DNA of 64,000 nt, taken from the NCBI GenBank assembly GCA_965204535.1, contig OZ241996.1, forward strand, positions 224,001-288,000. The letters run 5' to 3'. Positions 47,692-56,955 of the stretch are shown in pieces (within the stretch, counting starts at the first letter, position 1; every line of letters starts with the position of its first letter). The stretch is from a bacterium (lineage in GTDB: Bacteria; UBA8248). The position numbers and the translations under genes are program-made. A model generated the notes under the pieces. It was not told the DNA's origin, did no database searches, and saw only the letters and a program-made list of their open reading frames with translations.

Positions 47692-49196
47692 TCTTCCTCC
47701 TCCGGTGGGAAGTGCGTGGTCTTCTTTCCGCGCAGGAAAAATGGATAGAGGAGCAGGATAGCAGAGGCGATCCACGCGAGCAGGGCGAGGGGATGGGCGA
47801 TGAAGGTTTCATAACTCCCCCGCGAGATGACGAGCGACTGGCGCACCTTTTCCTCAAAAAGCCTGCCGAGGACGAACGCGAGCACCAGCGGCGCGCCCGG
47901 ATAGTTCAACTTGCGCATCATGTAGCCCAGGAGTCCAAAGACCGCCATGAGCATAACGTCGGCCGGGTTGTTGCTCACGCTGTAGGCGCCGATCCCGCAG
48001 AACAGAAGAATCAGGGGCCACAGGTAGCGGTAGGGCACGGTGAGCAGGCGCGCCCACATGCCCACGAGCGGCAGGTTGAGCAGCAGGAGCAGGGCGTTTC
48101 CGGTGTACATGCTCGTCACCACCCCCCAGAAGATGGCGGGGTGCTCGGTGATCAGGAGCGGCCCCGGCTGCACGCCGTGGGTGAGGAAGGCCGCCGTCAG
48201 AACGGCCACCGCGGCGCTCGGGGCGATGCCCAGCGTGAGGAGGGGAATCATGCTGCCCGCCGTGGCGGAGTTGTTGGCCGCCTCGGGCCCCGCCACGCCC
48301 TCGATCACGCCCGTGCCGAACTTTTCGGGGCGCTTCGAGATGCGCCGCTCCAGGGAATAGGAGAGGAATGGGGGCACGATGGTGCCCATGCCGGGCAGGA
48401 TCCCCATGAAAAACCCCACGATGCTCCCCCGCCCGATGGCAGGTGCTGAGTCGCGCCAGTCCTGCCGCGTGGGCCACAACCCCTTGATGCGGCCCTTGAA
48501 CACTTCCAGCTTCTCTGATTTCTCCAGGTTGATCAGCACCTCCGAGATGCCGAACAGGCCGATCACCAAGGGAGCGAAGCCCACCCCGTCCATCAGGGTG
48601 AAGGTGCCGAAGTCATAGCGCGGCGTGGATTCCACCGGGTCCAGACCTATGGTGGAGAGGAGGAATCCGAGCAGGGCGGACGCAGCGGCGCGCGGGCGCG
48701 AGCCGCCGCTGAACTGGACCACCAGCAGAAAGCTCAGGCACAGGAGCGCGACCAGTTCCGGCGGGCCGATCTTCACGGCCATCTCGGCCAGGGCGGGGGC
48801 CATGAGCGTGATGCCGAGAACGCCCAGCGTTCCCGCGATGAACGAGCCCCAGGCGCAGATGGCGAGCGCTGGCCCCGCCCTGCCTTGCCGCGCCATCTGG
48901 TAGCCGTCCAGGGTGGTCACGACCGAGGACGCCTCGCCGGGCAGGTTCAGGAGAATCGACGTGGTGGAGCCGCCGTACATCGCCCCGTAAAACACTCCCG
49001 CCATGATGATGATGGCGGCCGTCGGCTCCATCTTGATGGTGATCGGGAGCAGGAGGGACATGGTGGCGACCGGGCCCAGGCCCGGCAGCACCCCGATGGC
49101 CGTCCCCACGAAAACGCCCATGAAGCAGGCGAGGAGGTTGTACGGGGCGAGGCTCACCGAGAAGCCGAAATAGAGGTTTGCGAAAAGATCGCCCAT
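47688..49196 (-). CDS. tctA: Tripartite tricarboxylate transporter, large permease
   Basis: GVLPGLG, YGAMYGGSTTSILLN.PG, DGY.MA.QG, GVAGPEAANN, PLLTLGI. Confidence 0.93.
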   Translation of the reverse strand: MGDLFANLYFGFSVSLAPYNLLACFMGVFVGTAIGVLPGLGPVATMSLLLPITIKMEPTAAIIIMAGVFYGAMYGGSTTSILLNLPGEASSVVTTLDGYQMARQGRAGPALAICAWGSFIAGTLGVLGITLMAPALAEMAVKIGPPELVALLCLSFLLVVQFSGGSRPRAAASALLGFLLSTIGLDPVESTPRYDFGTFTLMDGVGFAPLVIGLFGISEVLINLEKSEKLEVFKGRIKGLWPTRQDWRDSAPAIGRGSIVGFFMGILPGMGTIVPPFLSYSLERRISKRPEKFGTGVIEGVAGPEAANNSATAGSMIPLLTLGIAPSAAVAVLTAAFLTHGVQPGPLLITEHPAIFWGVVTSMYTGNALLLLLNLPLVGMWARLLTVPYRYLWPLILLFCGIGAYSVSNNPADVMLMAVFGLLGYMMRKLNYPGAPLVLAFVLGRLFEEKVRQSLVISRGSYETFIAHPLALLAWIASAILLLYPFFLRGKKTTHFPPEEEE

Positions 49197-49657
49197 CAAA
49201 ACCCCAAGAGACCACGGGGGAAGTGCACGTTCAGCAATTTCACGAAGAGGACGAAAGCCGCCGCCGAAGCTGCCGCCGAGATCAGGAGACCCCGGAGGAG
49301 AGACTGGCGGTCGATGACGAGCCAGCAGAACGCCATGAAGATGAAAGTCGTGGCGAGGAATCCCGAAAATTCGAGAAGGAGGCCGAAGAGCGCCGTCCCC
49401 GCCATGACGGAGAGCACCCGCCGGAACCGGTCGAGCGTGAATACGGACTCGGATTCGGTGGACGCCTCATCTACGGGGCTTTGACGGAGGTGCCGCGTCA
49501 TCAGGTAGAGCGAGGTGGCCGCGAGACCCGCGCAAATCCAGAAAGGGAAAAATCCCGGTTCGGGCCGGTTGATGCTCCCCAGCCCTAGCCGGTGGGCGAA
49601 CCAGCCCATGAGCAGCGAAACGGCGAGCAGCGCCGCGGGAGGGGCGAATTTGCGCAC
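49196..49657 (-). CDS. tctB: Tripartite tricarboxylate transporter, small permease
   Basis: Four TM helices, PGFFP, F..LL.V.FP.G; lies between tctC and tctA. Confidence 0.85.
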   Translation of the reverse strand: MRKFAPPAALLAVSLLMGWFAHRLGLGSINRPEPGFFPFWICAGLAATSLYLMTRHLRQSPVDEASTESESVFTLDRFRRVLSVMAGTALFGLLLEFSGFLATTFIFMAFCWLVIDRQSLLRGLLISAAASAAAFVLFVKLLNVHFPRGLLGF

Positions 49658-49667
49658 GTCGCCCCCT

Positions 49668-50651
49668 CTATTTTTTCTTGATGCCGACGGCCTTCATGAT
49701 CTCCCTGGAAGTCTCGTGGTCCTGCCGGGCGAGCTTCTTCGCCCCCGGCCCGTCCACGAATTCCACCCGGAAGCCCGCCTTGTTCAGTTTTTTCACCACC
49801 GCCGGGTCATTGGCGGTCTTCTTGAGGGCCGCGGAGAGCTTGTCGAGAACGGCCTTGGGCGTTCCCTTCGGCGCCCACAGCCCGGCCCAGAGACCGATGC
49901 TCGCCCGTCCGAGCCCCTTCTCCTTCAAGGTCGGGATGTTAGGGAACTTGGGATCCCGCGCGTTGTCCGTGATGGCGAGGCCCACCAGCTTGCCCGCCCG
50001 CAGGAGCGCCTGCATCGCGCCGAACCCGCCCGCGGAGAAATCCACGTGGCCGCCCAGGGCGGCGTTGCGCGCCGGGCCGGAGCCCTTGTAGTGCACGGGG
50101 GTGGCTTTCAGCCCGCGTATGGCGAGAACCGCCGCCATGGTGAGATACGGCGCGGTCGGCGCACCGCTCGTGCCGTAGTTCAGCTTTCCGGGGTTTTTCT
50201 TGATGTAGGCGAGAAGGCCGTCGAGGTCCTTCCAGCGCGAATCCGGTTTGGAGACGACCCCCGTCGCGCCGAAGGCGTACGCGCCGATGTACTCGTAGTC
50301 ATCCAGCGCGAAGGGCAGGGTGCGCAGCGCCGTTCCCACGGTGAGGGGCGCGGACATGGTCGAGAGGATGGTGTAGCCGTCCGGCTTGGCCTTCTTGACG
50401 TAGGTGTAGGCGATGGCGCCGCCGGCGCCGGGCTTGTTGACGAGCTGGATGGCGCCGCCGAAATTTTTCTGGAGCGCGGGATGGATGATGCGGATCGTGG
50501 TGTCTCCCGGCCCTCCCGGCGGGAAGGAGATGATGAACTGAACGGGGTAGCCGGGATATTGGGCCGAATGCGCGCTCTTTATCGGCAGGCAGACCAGCGC
50601 AACGACGAACAGGAGAAACAGCGAACGACGAGGCATGACGTTTTCCTCCAT
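49668..50651 (-). CDS. tctC: Tripartite tricarboxylate transporter substrate-binding protein (Bug/TctC)
   Basis: YP.YPV.FII.FPPGGP.D, NKPGAGG, KPDGYT, VHYKGSG, PTLKE.G, APKGTP. Confidence 0.92.
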   Translation of the reverse strand: MEENVMPRRSLFLLFVVALVCLPIKSAHSAQYPGYPVQFIISFPPGGPGDTTIRIIHPALQKNFGGAIQLVNKPGAGGAIAYTYVKKAKPDGYTILSTMSAPLTVGTALRTLPFALDDYEYIGAYAFGATGVVSKPDSRWKDLDGLLAYIKKNPGKLNYGTSGAPTAPYLTMAAVLAIRGLKATPVHYKGSGPARNAALGGHVDFSAGGFGAMQALLRAGKLVGLAITDNARDPKFPNIPTLKEKGLGRASIGLWAGLWAPKGTPKAVLDKLSAALKKTANDPAVVKKLNKAGFRVEFVDGPGAKKLARQDHETSREIMKAVGIKKK

Positions 50652-50934
50652 GCTGCAGGAGATGCGGGAACCGAGCCGCCCCCGGCATATCTCCTGGCTC
50701 AGGATCGAAAAAACCTCTTCACATGCGGATTGTCTTTAGTTTTAGAGAGTATAGCAAAACGGCGCGCGGGCCGCTATTGGGCGAATTTCACGACCTCCTT
50801 CGGGAGTGCCGTCGATGCGGCGTATGCACAGGAATGACGAACAAAACCTCTCTCATCCGTAGCGGACATGCCCCCGTGCCTGTCCTGAATTGCTTGTTTC
50901 CAATTTTGCAGAGAGGATTCACTCCCCCCTTGTC

Positions 50935-51143
50935 GGGCTTGTTGAAAAACCCCCTGAGAGGGTAATGGCAACCCCCTTGAAAGGGAAATCCCATAAAGGC
51001 AACCCCCCCTACCCCCCCTTGTCAGGGGGGCAAGAAAAAGCAACACCCCTCAGTCCGGCGGGGGCGCATCGCCTTTTTTTACCCCCCTGTCAAGGGGGGG
51101 TAGGGGGGGTTGCTCCTTTAACAAAGACTTTTTCAACAGCGCC
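50935..51143. mobile_element. MITE unit C inserted at the centre of a palindrome
   Basis: GGGCTTGTTGAAAAAC ... CTTTTTCAACAGCGCC; flanks ACTCCCCCCTTGTC | TCAAGGGGGGAGT rebuild a palindrome with TC duplicated. Confidence 0.8.
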
Positions 51144-51300
51144 TCAAGGGGGGAGTCCGAGACAGGACAACCACGGGGGGTTGTCCCTACCATGCGCCGG
51201 AATGACATCCTTGCCGTCCGGTCTCGACGGATGCGAGAGGGCGTAGGGGCGGTTCGTGAACCGCCCGGCTCTCCTGAAACGAACCGGACTTGATGGGAGG

Positions 51301-51744
51301 TCATCCCCCTCCCAGATACGCGCCGAGATTCTCCAGGCACTCGCCCCAGCCTCCGTGGTGCTCGTCGCGCATGTTCTCGTCCGGGAATCCCTCGTGCGTG
51401 AGGGTAACGGTGGTCTCATCGCCCTCTCCGGTGAAATCGATGCTCACCAGGGTTTCGGGGTAATCCCAATCCCCCCGCTCCCAGCGGAAGGTGAAGACGA
51501 GCCGCTCGGGCGGGCGTATCTCGACGAACGCCCCGTTCAGGTAGAACGACTCGCCCTCGTCGGTCCGCATCTCGACGCGGTATTTTCCGCCCGGGCTTAA
51601 GTCCATCTCCACCGAGGGCACGGTGTGTCCCTCCGTTCCCCACCATTTCTGTAACGCCTCGGCCCCCGTCCACGCGGCGAATACTTTCTCCCTCGGCGCC
51701 CGGAAGGTTCGTTTGATGATGAGTGTGTTTGTCATTTCGAGCAT
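51301..51744 (-). CDS. SRPBCC/AHSA1 domain protein
   Basis: RTFRAPREKVFAAWT, PGGKYR, PPERLVFT..W, T.VTLTH, GW..CL..L. Confidence 0.9.
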   Translation of the reverse strand: MLEMTNTLIIKRTFRAPREKVFAAWTGAEALQKWWGTEGHTVPSVEMDLSPGGKYRVEMRTDEGESFYLNGAFVEIRPPERLVFTFRWERGDWDYPETLVSIDFTGEGDETTVTLTHEGFPDENMRDEHHGGWGECLENLGAYLGGG

Positions 51745-51747
51745 GTT

Positions 51748-52083
51748 TTATGTCTCCGTGTCAGTTGTTTCATCGAGATAGCGGGCGAGGGCATCGAATC
51801 CCTCCTCCCAGAACCGCTGGTGGAAATCGAGCCATTCGGACGCCTCGCGCATCGGTTCGGCATCGAGTCTCAGGCGATGGACGCGGCCTCTTTTTTCCCT
51901 GCGGATCAAACCGGCGCGCTCCAAAACGCGAAGATGCTTCGAGATCGCCGGCAGGGAGATATCAAAAGGGGCGGCCACGCCGGTGACGGTGGCTTCCCCC
52001 CGGGAGAGGCGCGAGAGGATGGCCCGCCTCGTCGGGTCCGAGAGTGCGGAAAAAGTCGCGTCCAGACCGGTTCCTGCGTTCAT
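51748..52083 (-). CDS. ArsR/SmtB family transcriptional regulator
   Basis: FSALSDPTRRAILSRL, SLPAISKHLRVLERAGLI, W...FD.L..YL. Confidence 0.92.
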   Translation of the reverse strand: MNAGTGLDATFSALSDPTRRAILSRLSRGEATVTGVAAPFDISLPAISKHLRVLERAGLIRREKRGRVHRLRLDAEPMREASEWLDFHQRFWEEGFDALARYLDETTDTET

Positions 52084-52105
52084 GGGTCGGCATACCCTCC
52101 TTTCA

Positions 52106-52473
52106 GGGGGGTGTTGAAAAAGTTTCGTTTTCGCGATTCGGCGTATGGAGCTGGCCGTTTGTAGGGACAACCCCCTGTGATTGTCCTTTGTAGAACAGGG
52201 CATCGGACAGGCACGGGGGCCTGCCCCTACAGTTCTTGCGTTTTGATCGTCATTCCGGCGAAGGCCGGAATGACGGACAGAACCTGAAACCGGGCGGTGC
52301 CGCAGGCTCTCGCCTTGAAAACCAACCCCCCCTACCCCCCCTTGTCAGGGGGGTATAAAAAGGCGAAACCCGCCGCCGGTAGAGGGGCTTTTGTTTTTTC
52401 TTGCCCCCCTGACAAGGGGGGGTAGGGGGGGTTGCCTTTATCCCTTGAGGGAGAGGACTTTTTCAACAACCCC
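52106..52473. mobile_element. MITE/REP composite unit D (hairpin core inverted)
   Basis: GGGGGTGTTGAAAAAG ... CTTTTTCAACAACCCC enclosing GTAG REPs (52161, 52205), a CGTC palindrome (52248) and the CCCTACCCCCCCTTGTCAGGGGGG hairpin. Confidence 0.7.
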
Positions 52474-52516
52474 TTCCCGATCGGCTCCAACCCCTCCCTC
52501 CTCGGTCGGGTTGCTT

Positions 52517-53035
52517 CTAAAACGCCCAGCCGAATCCGGTGATGAATCCCCGGAGGTAGCAGATCTGCCCGCAGTACTGGTGATAGTCGGTGGCCACTCT
52601 CCCCAGGTATTCTCCCGTCTTGGCGGCGTTGCCCCCGATGTCGGTCATCTCTTTTTCGAGGTCCTCCGCCGAAAGCGCCTCCAGGGTGGAAAGCGTTCTC
52701 GCCCGGGTGGCGTTGGCGTAGCCGATAACGTCCTGTTTCGTGAACTTGAGACGCATCACCTGTTCGAGCGAATCGCCGAAACCGATTTGTTTGGGCTCGG
52801 GCGGCATGTCGAATTTCTCGTGCCATTTCCCGGCGATCCAGACCTGCTCCTCACCGGCGACGGCCGCCATCGCGCAATCCTCGACCCTCGTCTTGTGCCA
52901 CATCAGCCAGCCGATGGGGTTGTCCTGGTCGCTGGGCCGTTTCATGAGGTCCGCATCGTCGAGGCCCTTCAAGGCCCGTTTCACGAGTCCGTCGCTCATC
53001 TCGAAAGTGAAGGCGATCATCTGCGCTCCGTTCAT
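52517..53035 (-). CDS. DinB family protein
   Basis: L.GL.D.DL..RP....NPIGWL.WH..RVED; C-terminal HQY.GQI.YLRG. Confidence 0.85.
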   Translation of the reverse strand: MNGAQMIAFTFEMSDGLVKRALKGLDDADLMKRPSDQDNPIGWLMWHKTRVEDCAMAAVAGEEQVWIAGKWHEKFDMPPEPKQIGFGDSLEQVMRLKFTKQDVIGYANATRARTLSTLEALSAEDLEKEMTDIGGNAAKTGEYLGRVATDYHQYCGQICYLRGFITGFGWAF

Positions 53036-53113
53036 GGGAACTCCCCTTTTTAGTAGTGCGTGAAATGATTTCGTGATTCACCATATAACTCCCGGCTTCC
53101 GGTTCCATGCTTT

Positions 53114-53527
53114 TCAGATGAATTTCTCTTCGCGGTGGATGACGCCGATGCAAAGGCCGAACACGCCGAATTGCAGCAGGAGATAGAGCGTTTCCATCCA
53201 GATGAACGCAGACGCCCCCGTCACCTCCTGCTTGGCGACGAAGGCGAGCACGTGAGAAGTCCAGAAGAAGGCGCCGGTGATGAGAGCGAACCTGAACCCT
53301 CGACGAAAGCTGCTTCCCTCGGTTTTCAGCATCGGGAACAGGGCGCAGAGCAGAACGCCCTGGAGCACGATGGTGAGCAGGCCGAGCAGAAAGTTCGGTT
53401 CTCCCTCGAAGTAGCCGAACGATTCGTATCTCTCCTTGAAAAGGAGGACATGCCAGATCACGGCAAGGGAGAAGGTGCAGATCGTATAAGCGGCGGTTCC
53501 CAGGATCAGCTTCTTGGCGTTCATCAT
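53114..53527 (-). CDS. Small four-TM membrane protein
   Basis: Four hydrophobic segments; WH..LF.E.Y motif. Confidence 0.7.
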   Translation of the reverse strand: MMNAKKLILGTAAYTICTFSLAVIWHVLLFKERYESFGYFEGEPNFLLGLLTIVLQGVLLCALFPMLKTEGSSFRRGFRFALITGAFFWTSHVLAFVAKQEVTGASAFIWMETLYLLLQFGVFGLCIGVIHREEKFI

Positions 53528-53703
53528 CACGCCCCCGCGTTCGAATGGGAGGGGGATGGTTTGCACGGTGCAGAAGCCGCGCAGGGCGAACTCCTCTCCG
53601 GGTCGTCTCCCGCTTCGATGGTTCGGCCCGGTATGCCGGAAATGATTCTTGCGCCGCTCATGGAATGCTCCTGTATCAGGTTCGTCATGAAATAACTTAA
53701 TGA

Positions 53704-53719
53704 TTAACCATATGGTTAA
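53704..53719. promoter_or_regulatory. Candidate ArsR-family operator
   Basis: Perfect 16-bp palindrome TTAACCATATGGTTAA upstream of the minus-strand run that ends in arsR-SRPBCC; related half site TCACCATATA near 53078. Confidence 0.6.
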
Positions 53720-53856
53720 CTATATAGCGCTCCGCTCTTCCGGTCAACCTGCCGCCGGGATAGGATTTGCGACCGTCCGTCTTGTCGGGGAGCGGGATAT
53801 GGGCCATGCTTGCGTGGTGTTCGCCTCGCCGCCCGAGGACCGAGACGGGTGAGTTC

Positions 53857-54573
53857 ATGAAATCGTTTCTCTTGAGACCTCTGGCCTGGATGGTCGCCGT
53901 CCTCCTCCTGCCCGCCTGCTGGGGCGCGGCGCTGTCGTTCGGCAAGATCCTCCCGGCCGCTTTTCTCGCAAGCGGCGGGGGTTCATATATGCCTGCGACT
54001 GAGGGCTGGGCTTTCATCGCGGGCGCCTGTGCATACGCCGTCTGGCATCGCTTGCGTCCGCCGGAGTTCCTCTACGCCTTCGTGCACGAGTTCACGCACA
54101 TGGCCTTCGCCCTGCTCACGGGGAAGAAGGTGCGTTCGTTCGAGGTGAACCAGGGGAGCGGGAAGGTGGGCCTGAGCGGAACGAACCCCCTCATCACCCT
54201 CGCGCCGTATTTCTTCCCGCTGCCGACGATAGTGGTGTTGATTCTGGGAGCGTTGCTCGACTGGATTTTCGGATACGAGGAGATTCGCTGGGCGGCGGCG
54301 TTCCTCGCCGGCCTCACGCTGTGCCTGCACGTGCTCATGACGTTCCGCGCGCTGGGCGCGTCGCAGCCCGACATCGCGCGCGGCGGGCGGATTTTCTCAT
54401 GGGTCTTCATCTTCTTCCTGGGTCTCGTATTCATCGGCGGCGCCGCGCTCGTCTCGGTGGGAGGATGGGGGGTGGCGGCCTCCTACGGCGTCTCCATCTG
54501 GCGCGAAAGCCTGGATGCGTATGCGCTGCTCCTCAGCCTGGTGGAGCACTTCGCCTGGAGCCTCGGATTGTGA
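53857..54573 (+). CDS. M50B-like membrane metallopeptidase
   Basis: HEFTH in a TM context, LAPYFFP, Q.D motif. Confidence 0.75.
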   Translation: MKSFLLRPLAWMVAVLLLPACWGAALSFGKILPAAFLASGGGSYMPATEGWAFIAGACAYAVWHRLRPPEFLYAFVHEFTHMAFALLTGKKVRSFEVNQGSGKVGLSGTNPLITLAPYFFPLPTIVVLILGALLDWIFGYEEIRWAAAFLAGLTLCLHVLMTFRALGASQPDIARGGRIFSWVFIFFLGLVFIGGAALVSVGGWGVAASYGVSIWRESLDAYALLLSLVEHFAWSLGL

Positions 54574-55187
54574 AACAAAACGCCTTCGCATCGCGGTTTC
54601 GAGCCTCTCTGATCGTTTTTCTGCTCCTGATGATTCCGGCCTGCGCCTATGAGGTGTCGACGATACAAGGCGTCGCCAGGCCGGGGCGGATACGGACGCT
54701 TGAGCGTATCGCCGTCGCTCCGTTTCGCTACCCGAGCGACTGGACGGGTCTCTTCCGCGACGTCTACGCGCAGGCGGGGCTCAAGGCGCCCGATGTGAAG
54801 AAAATCGAGATGATAGAGGGCGCCTTTCTGATCCGCGACGCCCTCGCCGCCAAGGGCTATCTGGCGCTTCGCTGGCCGGAGGAACTTGCAAAAATAAAAG
54901 GGGAGGAGTTGCTGGACGCAGCGGGCGGAATCGCCGAGGCCCATCTGGGGGCGCTTAAGCGTTCGGGCGCGCAGGCGGTGGTGATTGCCGGAGGCGGGCG
55001 CACTTGCGAAGACGTCGAAGTGTGCGTCGCCAGGATGGAAATACGTTTGTTGGACTTGGACTCTCGGGAGGCGTTGTGGGTATCGGGGGCCCGCGCGACG
55101 ACGGCGTTTTCCCAGGGGGATGAGATGAAGGCCGCCGTGTCCGAGGCGTTCGACGCCTTTCCCCAAAAATCACCCGCTTCGAACTGA
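54570..55187 (+). CDS. Putative lipoprotein
   Basis: GTG start overlapping the previous stop; lipobox-like LMIPAC; IAVAPF...LLD...E.LW pattern. Confidence 0.6.
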   Translation: MKQNAFASRFRASLIVFLLLMIPACAYEVSTIQGVARPGRIRTLERIAVAPFRYPSDWTGLFRDVYAQAGLKAPDVKKIEMIEGAFLIRDALAAKGYLALRWPEELAKIKGEELLDAAGGIAEAHLGALKRSGAQAVVIAGGGRTCEDVEVCVARMEIRLLDLDSREALWVSGARATTAFSQGDEMKAAVSEAFDAFPQKSPASN

Positions 55188-55200
55188 AAGCGGGGGATTC

Positions 55201-55477
55201 GGGTTTGTTGAAAAAAAAACTCTGGAGCGGTGGGGGTACGATTGTTTTGTAGTGACAATTCCTCCTCGGGGTTGTCCCACGGTTCGCGAACCGCCCCTAC
55301 AGCCGTCATTCCGGCGAATGCCGGAATCCAGAGCCGATGAGAGAACCCGGGTTAAGGGAATCCCGCCACCCGCACTGAATCTCCGCATTCCCGCTTTTCT
55401 TCCACTCCCGTTCGCCTGGATTCCGGCTTTCGCCGGAATGACGGCAAACCTCGCGCATTGGACCTTTTCAACGCCCC
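55201..55477. repeat. REP cluster (GTAG + CGTC) bounded by IS1182-like termini (unit F)
   Basis: GGGTTTGTTGAAAAAA ... CTTTTCAACGCCCC enclosing the inverted pair CGTCATTCCGGCGAATGCCGGAATCCA / TGGATTCCGGCTTTCGCCGGAATGACG. Confidence 0.65.
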
Positions 55478-55512
55478 GTTTCCGCCCTTTGGGCACCCCC
55501 CGCCATGACGAT

Positions 55513-55629
55513 TTGTCGTTTTCGTCGGACATATCGTGACAAAATGACAATTTGACCGAACATATATATTGTTATCTAATTGAAAAATAAGGCATATTCT
55601 AATTTCATAGAAATGGCACAGCTATTGCA
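55513..55629 (+). promoter_or_regulatory. Sigma54 promoter with candidate upstream activator and IHF sites
   Basis: TGGCAC-AGCTA-TTGCA at 55614-55629 is an exact -24/-12 consensus; imperfect inverted repeat TGTCGTTTTCGTC...TGACAAAATGACA at ~55513-55549; AT-rich spacer between them. Confidence 0.8.
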
Positions 55630-55639
55630 TATTATAAGA

Positions 55640-55791
55640 GCAAGCTGATTGGGGCGTTCATAGGCGGCACGCCCCGGTTAGCCGGCGAGAGGAGTAGCTG
55701 ATTGGGTCGGCGCTCCTCCGCCACGCAATCATACATCTCGCATCTACCCCCTGCGAGAGCCTCCTCCCGGAGACGGGAGGAGGTTTTTTTT
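55640..55791 (+). ncRNA. Candidate structured small RNA, copy 1
   Basis: Starts just after the sigma54 promoter; three hairpins plus terminator CCTCCTCCCG-gaga-CGGGAGGAGG-T8; second copy at 61139-61286 with compensatory changes. Confidence 0.75.
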
Positions 55792-55930
55792 GGCGGCTTT
55801 CTTGCGCCTCATTTTCCCTTCGCCCGGTTTTCAAGCGCGCCCCTTTGGGTTATGGTGCGGCCCAAGTGAAATCACTCGGCGTATATTCGATGTTGAAAAT
55901 TCATCCATTCAGTGATTAAGGAGTCGAAAA

Positions 55931-56929
55931 ATGGCTACGGACAAGGTGCGCCTCGCCTCTATCGGGCTGGGCTGGTGGGGCGGCGTTCTGGTGGAGGCAC
56001 TCAACCGGAGCGGTTCGGGCGAGGTGGTCACGGGCTTCGCGCGCAGCGAGGACGCCCGCAAGGCGTTTTCCGAGAAACACGGTTGCCGGACGGCGGGCAG
56101 TCTGGACGAGGTGTGGAACGACCCGGAAGTGGAGGGCGTCATCGTCGCGACGCCCCACTCCACGCACCTGGACATGATTTCTTCGGCCGCATCGGCCGGA
56201 AAGCACGTCTTCGTCGAAAAACCGCTGACCCTCACCGTCGATGAGGCCAAGAAGGCGCACGAAGCGACCTCAAGCGCGAACGTCACCTTGCAAGTCGGCC
56301 ATCACCGCCGCCGCTTCGGCGCGAACCGCAAGATGCGCGAGATGATAGATAATGACGAACTGGGTGTGGTGCACCAGGTGGAGGCGAACCTCTCGCTGCC
56401 CATGGGTTTCGAATCCAGGCCGGGATGGCGCAACGACCCCGCCGAATGCCCCGCAGGCTCCATGACGGGCTTGGGCGTCCACATGATCGACAACCTGCAG
56501 TACCTGGTCGGCCCCGCGAAGCGTGTGGCCGCCTTCAGCAAGAAGCTGCTCGGCAAGACGAATCTGGACGATGCGACGAGCATCATCATCGAATACGAGA
56601 GCGGCCCGCTCGGCCATATCGGTTCTTCTTTCGTGGTTCCCAAGATATGCGACACGGCGGCCTTCGGCACGAAGATGAGGGCCTACAGCGAAGAGGAAGG
56701 TGGAAAGCTCTACGTGGCCAAGGTGGGCGAGGAGGCCCGAACCGAGGTCGAGGTCGTGGGCGGAGACGCCCTGGCGGATGAGATGGACGAGTTCTGCAAG
56801 TGCGTCCGGGGCGAGGCGACGCCCGAGACCGGCGGGCCGGAGGGGGTCGAAGTGGTCGCCGTACTCGAGGCGGTCGTCCAGAGCGCGACGACGGGCGAGG
56901 TGGTGGACGTGGCGGCCCTGCGCGGATAG
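55931..56929 (+). CDS. Gfo/Idh/MocA family oxidoreductase
   Basis: IGLGWWG, ATPH..H, GKHVFVEKP, VGHHRR, GVHMID. Confidence 0.93.
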   Translation: MATDKVRLASIGLGWWGGVLVEALNRSGSGEVVTGFARSEDARKAFSEKHGCRTAGSLDEVWNDPEVEGVIVATPHSTHLDMISSAASAGKHVFVEKPLTLTVDEAKKAHEATSSANVTLQVGHHRRRFGANRKMREMIDNDELGVVHQVEANLSLPMGFESRPGWRNDPAECPAGSMTGLGVHMIDNLQYLVGPAKRVAAFSKKLLGKTNLDDATSIIIEYESGPLGHIGSSFVVPKICDTAAFGTKMRAYSEEEGGKLYVAKVGEEARTEVEVVGGDALADEMDEFCKCVRGEATPETGGPEGVEVVAVLEAVVQSATTGEVVDVAALRG

Positions 56930-56955
56930 CTTTTGGGGATATTCAGGAGGATACG

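Noticed and set aside
50723-51419. Short ORFs containing GNPPYPPLSGG / PLTRGGRGG (also near 43.3, 46.6, 52.4 and 59.3 kb)
   Set aside because: Translations of the MITE hairpin; no evidence that they are coding.
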